64,000 nt of DNA from Myxococcota bacterium (GTDB lineage Bacteria; Myxococcota_A; Polyangia; Polyangiales; Houyiibacteriaceae): positions 64,001 through 128,000 of the forward strand of contig JBCCEA010000002.1 in assembly GCA_039030515.1 (NCBI GenBank). Reading direction: 5' to 3'. The notes under the pieces are model-generated. The model did not search any database and was not told the origin of the DNA. It saw only the letters and a program-made list of their open reading frames with translations. Positions 1-7,917 of this stretch are shown in pieces. The translations under genes were made by a program, and so were the position numbers. Numbering within the stretch: position 1 is the stretch's first letter; every line of letters begins with the position of its first letter.

Positions 1-222
1 GCCTGGTCTCCAGATGGCGCATACGTGACCACGATCCTTCGCGACGGGAAGATCAGAGTTTCGAATGCAAATACTGGTGATACGCGCGGCAATCGGTCAA
101 GGGTTCCAAACCCTGCAGTAGAGTCACCGACGTGCTCCGCTTGTTCCCCGAGTGGTCGGTACGTCGCGCTCGGCTATCCGGATGGCTCGGTACAGCTACA
201 TCGAGCGCCAAATCCACCCTGA
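1..222 (+). CDS. C-terminal part of a WD40/beta-propeller repeat protein (5' partial)
   Basis: Frame 1 is open from base 1: AWSPDGAYVTT...DGKIRV and CSPSGRYVALGYPDGSVQL are WD40-type blades. Confidence 0.7.
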   Translation, partial: AWSPDGAYVTTILRDGKIRVSNANTGDTRGNRSRVPNPAVESPTCSACSPSGRYVALGYPDGSVQLHRAPNPP

Positions 223-347
223 ACAGCCACGTACTCGTCAGAGTTCCTCAATAATTGCGTTCCGAGAAACTTATTTCGTTTTTTGTGCAAAATTCATGTT
301 GTGAGCATGCAGCATGCAAAGTTCTTCCACTCGCCTTTGAGTCGGTT

Positions 348-1181
348 CTACCTCAAGCGCAGCAGGCGCCGCAGTAGCTTCTGTTGTTTTGCAACAAGGG
401 CGTGAAAACGTGCGGGGGCAGCTCGCTTGAGGCGCCAGAGCAGGCGGCCGTCCCGCATCGGTAGCGCATAGAGTTCACCAGCTTCGGCGCGATCGAGTGC
501 GACGCGTGCCACGTCTGCTGCCTTTAGCTTGGCGCGCTTCATCGCCTGTTCGATCAAGCGTTTGCGCTGGCGCAGGTCCTGTTCAGTTCCTCGCATGGCG
601 CCCGCAATCCGGCTCGAGAAAAAAGTCGGACACAGCACCGTCACCCCGACGCCGTGTGGGGCAAGCTCGCCATACAGGGTCTCACTCAGGGCGATCACTC
701 CTGCTTTGCTGACGTTGTAGGGCGCCATTTCAGGCAGGGAGGCAAATCCGGCGGCCGAGGCGACATTCAGAATCCAGCCGCGTCCCCGTTCTTTCATTGC
801 CGGAGCAAAAGCACGACAGCCGTGAATGACGCCCCAAAGATTGATGTCGACTCCCCAGCGCCAATCTTCGAGAGAAACCGCTTCAAAAGGGCCAGAAACC
901 GCGACCCCGGCGTTATTGACCACCATATCGACGCCGCGAAGGACATGCACCGAACGCTCTGCCAGGGCACTGACATCCTCAGAATTCGACACGTCGCACA
1001 CCACAACCGTGGCTTCGCGTCCCATCTCGCGAACCAGAGCAGCGGTCTCATTGGCGGCAGCTTCATCGATATCGCTGCAGACGAGCCGGGCATTTCGTCG
1101 AGCCAACTCTAGACAAAAGGCGCGACCTAAACCACTACCGGAACCGGTAACCACCGCGCATAAACCGCTTGGATACGCCAT
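348..1181 (-). CDS. Short-chain dehydrogenase/reductase (SDR)
   Basis: TGSGSGLG Rossmann motif, NNAG, catalytic YNVSK (YxxxK). Confidence 0.93.
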   Translation of the reverse strand: MAYPSGLCAVVTGSGSGLGRAFCLELARRNARLVCSDIDEAAANETAALVREMGREATVVVCDVSNSEDVSALAERSVHVLRGVDMVVNNAGVAVSGPFEAVSLEDWRWGVDINLWGVIHGCRAFAPAMKERGRGWILNVASAAGFASLPEMAPYNVSKAGVIALSETLYGELAPHGVGVTVLCPTFFSSRIAGAMRGTEQDLRQRKRLIEQAMKRAKLKAADVARVALDRAEAGELYALPMRDGRLLWRLKRAAPARFHALVAKQQKLLRRLLRLR

Positions 1182-1310
1182 CCTCAGAGCAGTACGGCAA
1201 CCGAGGAGGGATGTCGAGTACAGCGCAGACGCGAGGACATATCCTTCAAGCGTCGAACCGGGGGCATGCCGGGGCGCGAAGCCATGCCAACCTCATCTGG
1301 CGAAGCCTCG

Positions 1311-1356
1311 CTAAAGGTTGAGGCTCTAGATTTTCAGGGATCTAGAGTTTGAGGGA
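1311..1356. repeat. Diverged 15-16 bp tandem repeat (about 3 copies) containing the AdoMetDC stop codon
   Basis: ctaaaggttgaggct / ctagattttcagggat / ctagagtttgagggat; the last copy is the gene end (stop at 1342-1344). Confidence 0.55.
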
Positions 1357-2292
1357 TGCAGCCCGACAAGCAGACCTCGGCGGACGAAAAAAGTGCTTGA
1401 ACGTCACATGATATCCGCTGAGCGGCTCGAGCACATCGCTGCGCAGGGCATAGCCTCTCACGTCGACATGGAGGTGCTCGGCGTCTGGAGCAAAGTAGAT
1501 CACGTCAAAAGATTCAGGACGAAACATGCGCACCACTTTTTCGACGATGGTCGAAAGATGGAAACCAAAGTCGTGATTCGTTTCAAAGCTGGCGTAACTT
1601 CCCTCTCTCTCGGGAGTCACGTGAATCGTGACGTAGCCATCCTCATGCAAACCGTTTAACGAATATCCGGCTGGCTCAAACACGTGTTCGTCGAGTCGAA
1701 AATCCGGTAGAAGATCGGCAAGGCCCACGTGCCTGGCGACCGAACTTGCCGCAGATGCCGCTCCACCCCGAAAGTTGGCGGCACACGATTCGTCGATGCC
1801 GTACATCAACACCTCGAGGGTGCGGTCGTGCTCTTCGGGGTGGTACGGACGCGTGGTGTGGAACATGCGAACGGAATGCTCATGCTCCACCCCGAAACGA
1901 ACCGCTCTGCCCTCCACCAGCTGCTGCAGGCGGCGAGCATCCTCAAAAAAACTGGTAGACTGCGCCTGAGGAAAGACCTCGTTTTTTCGCTCGAAAATCA
2001 AATACTCGAGCTGATCGAGATCGACGAAACCGAGTATTTCAACCGCAGCGTCCACCAGTCGCGTCCGGCCGCAGGTGATCATCGTCACGAAGCTATCGAA
2101 GACAAAGAGGCTCGACTCGCTCAGTAGATAAGCATCGCAGGAGTCGCTAGAAAGCACCGAGATCACCTGGGCCTGTGCTGCCTGGACCACCCGCTCCCAG
2201 CGGGCGCGCGGCATGGCTCTCAACGAGGGGCGATGGCTCTTGACTGAGAGCTCCAGCTTTTTCTCCGCTCCTTCAAAGAATGCAAAGGTCAT
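1342..2292 (-). CDS. speD: S-adenosylmethionine decarboxylase proenzyme, eukaryote-type (class 2, about 320 aa)
   Basis: FFEGAEKKLE N-terminus, YLLSESSLFV pyruvoyl self-cleavage site, TCG, GYSLNG and TIHVTPE motifs. Confidence 0.85.
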   Translation of the reverse strand: MTFAFFEGAEKKLELSVKSHRPSLRAMPRARWERVVQAAQAQVISVLSSDSCDAYLLSESSLFVFDSFVTMITCGRTRLVDAAVEILGFVDLDQLEYLIFERKNEVFPQAQSTSFFEDARRLQQLVEGRAVRFGVEHEHSVRMFHTTRPYHPEEHDRTLEVLMYGIDESCAANFRGGAASAASSVARHVGLADLLPDFRLDEHVFEPAGYSLNGLHEDGYVTIHVTPEREGSYASFETNHDFGFHLSTIVEKVVRMFRPESFDVIYFAPDAEHLHVDVRGYALRSDVLEPLSGYHVTFKHFFRPPRSACRAASLKL

Positions 2293-2379
2293 GGATTCTG
2301 ACGCCTGGGATGAGACTGCCGGGCCGGCGTCTCTTGCCCGAATCTGCGGCGGGATGCAAACCGGGTCTAAGATCGGGCG

Positions 2380-3987
2380 TTAATCAACAAGGCCCGCCAC
2401 CTGAGCCGCCGAAAATACGTAGTCCAGGGGGAAGTCTATCTCGCTGAGTCGCGTGCCGTGACCGGGAAGCTCGAGAATCTCTTCAGACCTTCGGTCGGTT
2501 CCTGCGTATTGATGGCATCCCACGCAATTGGTCGCTGCATTGCCCGCGCCCTGCTCTATGTAGGGGTTGCTGCACCACGAGGCTCCGTGCGGGCGAGAAA
2601 CCTGCTCCAACGCAGCAGCCAAAGAATCATCTACGGCCCCGCCGCGAGGGTCCGGATCGGCCTCGGTGAAGTCGGTCGCTACGCACATTTTATAGTCTCG
2701 CAGGGGGGTGTCGAAGAGCATCGGCGGACGGTCCGCCCCGAAGTCTGTGTCCGGAGACGCAGACCACCAAAAGGAAGCCCAGGCCCAGTGATCGAGTTCC
2801 TTGGTCATCAGGTGCAGCGCGGCCAATCGAAATCGGTTTCCGCCCGGCAACTCTAGGCGGTAGATCGACTCTGGATCCGGCTCTACGGTCCCGAGAGGCT
2901 GCCACTCGGCCGGATCGCTTCGATCCGAAAGCGCCGACGCATCGGTAGCGTACTCGGGGAATTCCACGCCGAAGCCTTCTCGGCGATAGTCGACTTTCAC
3001 CACCGCCGATCCCACCGGAAAGCCACCCTCGAGGCAGGAAGTCTCAGGCGGAGGCCGCGCATCAAAATGAAGCCGAACTGCGCCTCCGGTATCGGCGGTG
3101 GGTACCGCGCGAAGCTCGAGGTCGACCGGACCCGTAGCCTCACAGCGATTTCGCGTGCAGTCTCCTCCGCCAAAAAGCTGAAGCCGAACCTCCCCTTCCG
3201 CTTCGGCCACAAAGCGTCCGTCCGCCGCAACTCGAAAAGGGCCGAGTTCCTCGACTCCGCACGAAGCAAGGTGCACGACCTGCTCGACAAATTCGGATTC
3301 TTTCACGGCGACGCGCTCCGCAGGCCGGCACTCGCTGATCGCGTCTGCGCTCTTGACCAAGTGCATCGCTGCCCGAGGGCTGTAAAGCACCCGAGAGATG
3401 CCCCCAGCGCCCCGAACCTGGGCATCCGTTTCGAGATCTGCAAGAAACGCCTCCAGCCGATTCTCTGGCCATGCCTCTTGCGACAGCACCGCTGACGTAT
3501 TCCGAGCGAAAGCCTGCTCTATCAAAGCATCCTCGGTGAACTGGTCGCCTGAGATCCCATCTTCAGGCCACTGTTCGAGGTACTGAAAAACGCGACGAAG
3601 ATCTTCAACTCCGTACCAGGTTTGGAACCGAGGGATGGGACGCTGCGCGAGCGCCCCGCGTGCCTCCACCATTTCGAACGCCCGTTGCCCCAGGGTCCAA
3701 CCGAGCTCGCGACGAATTTGCTGCGACGCCCGTAAGTCGTCACGGTACGCGCTCAGGCTGCCTTCATCTGGATACGGCGCCGCTTCACCGAGGGCGTAGC
3801 GGCCAGGTGCGCTCAAAGCTTGCGAAACCCTGGAAGTCTGGGGTCCAGAAGAAACCTCGGCGCAAGGGGAAGGCGGGCCGGCGCAGCCGATGAAACCGAG
3901 CAGGCACCACATCGAGCAAAGCCACTTCACCGGTATGAGATTCAAAAAGGCACAAAGTTCTGGAGCGTAGGAGCGAGGACCCATCAT
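2380..3987 (-). CDS. Uncharacterised lipoprotein with a C-terminal c-type haem motif
   Basis: Lipobox-like GFIGC, LHLMTKE..WAWASFWW segment, NCVGCH (CxxCH) near the C-terminus; 4-bp overlap with the upstream gene. Confidence 0.65.
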   Translation of the reverse strand: MMGPRSYAPELCAFLNLIPVKWLCSMWCLLGFIGCAGPPSPCAEVSSGPQTSRVSQALSAPGRYALGEAAPYPDEGSLSAYRDDLRASQQIRRELGWTLGQRAFEMVEARGALAQRPIPRFQTWYGVEDLRRVFQYLEQWPEDGISGDQFTEDALIEQAFARNTSAVLSQEAWPENRLEAFLADLETDAQVRGAGGISRVLYSPRAAMHLVKSADAISECRPAERVAVKESEFVEQVVHLASCGVEELGPFRVAADGRFVAEAEGEVRLQLFGGGDCTRNRCEATGPVDLELRAVPTADTGGAVRLHFDARPPPETSCLEGGFPVGSAVVKVDYRREGFGVEFPEYATDASALSDRSDPAEWQPLGTVEPDPESIYRLELPGGNRFRLAALHLMTKELDHWAWASFWWSASPDTDFGADRPPMLFDTPLRDYKMCVATDFTEADPDPRGGAVDDSLAAALEQVSRPHGASWCSNPYIEQGAGNAATNCVGCHQYAGTDRRSEEILELPGHGTRLSEIDFPLDYVFSAAQVAGLVD

Positions 3988-5858
3988 TGGAGGCGCAATA
4001 CGGCATCGCTTGCGACGACATACTCCCCGCTCAGCGCATCGTCGTAGGGGTCGCGCACGATGAAGTAGATCCAGCCGTCCGATCGAAAATGCGGAAAGAG
4101 CGCGTACTGCCCGGGATTCATGCGCGTTATCCGGCGCTGATCTCCGGTAAGCAGATCGACAACGTAAATATTTGCAGCGCCGCGCTCTAGGTACGCCGCA
4201 AACTCGGGGTCGTCCGCTCCGTCAAAGCCGAACTCGACCGCATCGGACGCGTCGAGGTAGCGGTGCAGCACGAGATAGCGCTCGTCAAAACTAAACCCTA
4301 CTTTTGATCCTCGAATGCAGTACTCGGCGATCAGCGGGGCAGAGATAGCGTACGAGTCTCCCTCGGGTTCGGCATCGACCCTCCGCAAAGAAAAGCCGCT
4401 TTGAGCTCCGTCGACTCCCTCGATCCGAGATGCGACCAGTTGGCCGCTGGGTGAAAGAACCGCATCTCCCTCGCTCGGTGTCGCCACGGAAACCGCAGCT
4501 CTTGGCGAATAGGAACTGCCGTCGTAGATGATCGGCACGAAGTTCACCGAAGACGCCGAACTAAAGTCGGCCCGGAGAGGTCCGGTCGCACGATGGCCAC
4601 CATCATCGCTCACAAAGGGGCCATATACCGTCCAGTAGTCGCCTCCATCGACCGCCCCCAAATGCTGATAAAGCCCGATGCCGCTTTCTAAACTGCACTC
4701 CGGTTCTTCATAGGTGATCTCCGAAGGGCCCGAATCGAGCAGGGATTGCTCGCAAAAACCGGCCTGAGTCCCGGGGCCCACGGCCATGAGCACGAATCCG
4801 GAGTTGTCCGGGAAGAAGCCCGAGTCGTAAAGGCCGAGGGAGGGGATCACCGTCTGCCGCTCGAGGTCGATGATCGAAGCCGACGAAGCGCTACCGCCTC
4901 CATGGGCCACGTACCGCCCGTCGGCCGAGCTCCGCGTCCAAAACGAAGAGGCGTAGTCGGTGGTGAACAGAATCCTGAGCACGCCGAGTTCCGTCCATCC
5001 ATTGGTAGGGCCGCTTCCGGTCAGGGGGTAGTCGCTCAGGCAGGCCTGTCCGCTTTGCCCTTCGGCGCAGCCAAACATCGCAAGGCTGCGGTCGCGATTG
5101 AGCACGTCCCATCCCTGAGTCTCCATGTCTATCAGGTGGCCTGCGACTTCCGGACCGACGTAGGGCGCGCAATCTTTACCACCTCCCGGGACCTGTTCTT
5201 CCAAGAGCGGCAAGCCCCGGCGCACCCAGCTGAGCAACAGATCCAGCTCGCTTTGGGTGAGGTCGCGATCCGGCAGCGGTTCCCCGTCGGAATCCACCGC
5301 GGGGGGCGGCATGGTCACGGACCCTCGGCGTTGAGCGATGCGGAGCGCCGATTCCCCCGCGTAGGCCACCTCAAAGAGTTGGCGGAACCATAAAAGGGGC
5401 GCCGCGGTCGTCAGAAAACCCATCGCTTCCGGGTCGAGAGACGTGGCTCCATCTGCCTCATCGCTCGAGGCCCCATCGGTGAGGCAGTTCCAAATCTCCG
5501 CCGCTTGAGCGGGCAAAGCGGGATCGCGGGCACCGATGCAGTCGAGCGCCGCATTGGTGTGATCCCCCCAGCGGCGAATTTGAGAGACGGTGAGCCCGTG
5601 GCACTCCTGACAGCGACGTTCCCCGTCTCCAGCTGCCGCGATCACGGCATACGCTTGAGCGGCGAGGTCGGCGTCCTGCAGTGTCGACTCCGTGTACAAA
5701 ATCAGGTCTTGGGGGAAGCCGCCGTCGCTTGGCAAGGAGCGACCACCATCACGACACCCCGCGAGCAAAAGTTCGGGCAGCAGCGCGAGGACTACCAGGC
5801 AGGGTCGAAGGGTCTTTCGTCCAAAAAGTTCTCTGATCACAGGACCTTCAGTGGCCAT
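3984..5858 (-). CDS. Lipoprotein: N-terminal cytochrome c-like domain plus TolB-like beta-propeller
   Basis: LLLAGC lipobox, CQECH, downstream MPP..LTQSELDLLLSW (distal Met and C-terminal helix of class I cytochrome c), repeats SADGRY, FPDNSG, SPSGQL, SFDERY, RSDGWI. Confidence 0.7.
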   Translation of the reverse strand: MATEGPVIRELFGRKTLRPCLVVLALLPELLLAGCRDGGRSLPSDGGFPQDLILYTESTLQDADLAAQAYAVIAAAGDGERRCQECHGLTVSQIRRWGDHTNAALDCIGARDPALPAQAAEIWNCLTDGASSDEADGATSLDPEAMGFLTTAAPLLWFRQLFEVAYAGESALRIAQRRGSVTMPPPAVDSDGEPLPDRDLTQSELDLLLSWVRRGLPLLEEQVPGGGKDCAPYVGPEVAGHLIDMETQGWDVLNRDRSLAMFGCAEGQSGQACLSDYPLTGSGPTNGWTELGVLRILFTTDYASSFWTRSSADGRYVAHGGGSASSASIIDLERQTVIPSLGLYDSGFFPDNSGFVLMAVGPGTQAGFCEQSLLDSGPSEITYEEPECSLESGIGLYQHLGAVDGGDYWTVYGPFVSDDGGHRATGPLRADFSSASSVNFVPIIYDGSSYSPRAAVSVATPSEGDAVLSPSGQLVASRIEGVDGAQSGFSLRRVDAEPEGDSYAISAPLIAEYCIRGSKVGFSFDERYLVLHRYLDASDAVEFGFDGADDPEFAAYLERGAANIYVVDLLTGDQRRITRMNPGQYALFPHFRSDGWIYFIVRDPYDDALSGEYVVASDAVLRLQ

Positions 5859-6106
5859 ATTCGCGCCAAACGAGCCAGATCTACAAGATAGTCACCGGTC
5901 ACGGTGAACGCGACCGTTCAGAATAAAAATGTAGTGTCTCAACAAAGGAATGTCCAAGACCGGCAGATGCGGCTGGTCTGCGACGGCACATCCCGAGCGC
6001 CATCCGCCGCATGCAGTTGCGCACGGACCACCACTCGACCGTCGCCTAAGCAGGCTCTGGGGCGAGCAGCGATTGAAGACTACGCCGAACAGGCCAAACT
6101 AAAGCA

Positions 6107-7912
6107 GTGACAGCGATGCGTAGAGGAGCAACTAGACGAGGCAACGTAAGTCCCAGTAAACAACACGCGCAGAACAGGTTCAGAGAGATACAAAATCTAC
6201 TGACGACAAACAGGAAAGGTCTCAGTCCGGAGATTTGGGACCCGAATCTTGCCGGAGCTAGTTTCGAGTTTTACTGGAGCCCGATACTTTCCCTCGAGGA
6301 CTATCTCGAAATACGTCGTAAAAACACACGAATTGCCCTGTGCAAAACGCAAAAAAACATCGGCGCTGCTGCTGATCTAGCCGATCGCCGAAGCGAACAT
6401 ATCGACGCATTGTGATGCAACCACGATCTTCAGCTACTCGTCCGACTCAGAGATCGGATTAAGGAGCTGAATCGCACCGAGGAAAAAGTACGCGAGGAGT
6501 GGTCTCGCAAGCTCCCCACCGATCTTGAAACAGAGCACTTCTTATGGACCGAAAGCGTCGTAGTACACATGATGCTTCGGCACATCGCCGAAGGAACTCC
6601 ATCTCCAGAAATCGCAAAGCAACTTGATCTACTGGCAAAGTGCTCTGAAGCCGCATCGGAAGCTGGAAGCCAGCTTGCAAATCTGATCACGAGCGTTTTT
6701 ATTACCTTCGATGCCATAGGTAGGTTTTGGGACCATTCGGTACGCGACAAACGGTCATCGCCAGGGTCGATACTGCAAAGGCCGATTGTCGATCTTGAAC
6801 ACGTCCTACCTGATTGTTGTCAGCCTATTTCCTCTCTTCGGATTCCGAACTTCTTTCCCCATCGACTTCCAACCTTCATCCCGGGAACATGGAGTTCTCT
6901 TTGCCGATACTACACTCGAATAACGTTTAACTATCCGTGCCCAGAAACGTCACGACTGCCTCAAGCGGTGAAGATCGAATCGATTTATCGTCAACTGCTT
7001 GGAGATCTGGGCGCAGAGCGATATTCCGTAATGGCCACTCTGACGGCTAGGATTGATGGAGCGGAATACGCCAGTAAACTATGGCTGAGTCCAAGTTCTG
7101 CTGACCGGCTGAAGGCCATTCACCTCGATTGTGCTGAAAGACTAGAGCGACTTCGGGACAGAGTCGATAAGGTCCACCGTGAGGTCGCAGATCTAGAGCA
7201 TCAGTTTTTATCCCAGCAGGCGACCCTACTGCAAAAACACGCTCGAGCGTGGCTGAGCCGACACCCTCCGCAACCACCCACCATCCATCCAGGGGCACCC
7301 TCCGCTCAAAGTGTGTCGGCTCATCAGGGAGCATCAGCAAGGCCAGCTGGATCCGAGGACGGTACGACTGAGAAAATCGCGTTTCCCTTGAGTTCCCCTT
7401 CACGGCCCCTTGCTGCTCCCAATAGGCGCAAACCCAAAACCAGAGGAGATTCTGCTACTTCTTCGACTCCTCAAGCAGATCAACACCGACCCAAGCCTGC
7501 AGCGCCAACCCCAGGGCAACCCCGAATACGATGGGGCGATCCGCACGACTCTCTTTGGTATGCATGCGCCGCCGCATGTACCAATCGATCGAACGCTGAC
7601 TTGGGAAAGGTGAGTGAGGCGTTGGTGAACAGACTGGACCGAGCGCGCAGTGGCCACGGCAGTTCGATCAATGCTTTGATCCTGCCGGAAGCATGTCGCC
7701 GCTGGATTGGTCATCAACAGAAGTACTACCACGACACGAGTCCTGGCTCGGTGTGCTGGACGGTGATCGCTGCATTCGACAGCGCGTCTCATCTTTGGAC
7801 CATTTGCGGAGTCGGGCACCACGTCGGAAAACGCAAGCACCAGAACACTTATAGAATGTACTTTGCGGTCGGGGAGTCTACGTCACGACTACACACGATC
7901 AAACTGGGATAG
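6107..7912 (+). pseudogene. Orphan ORF of about 600 codons interrupted by one in-frame TGA (6413-6415)
   Basis: ORFs 6107..6415 and 6569..7912 are in the same frame and 6416-6568 is open (CNHDLQLLVRLRDRIKE...); coiled-coil, Pro-rich linker, globular C-terminal domain; ends in TAG. Confidence 0.5.
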
Positions 7913-7917
7913 CGCGT

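Noticed and set aside
223..347. AT-rich stretch with short palindromes between convergent genes
   Set aside because: No convincing terminator, ORF or RNA structure; too short to support a call
5863..5878. GG-N10-GC match upstream of the haem lipoprotein gene
   Set aside because: The -12 element would be only about 5 bp from the ATG and the flanks fit poorly
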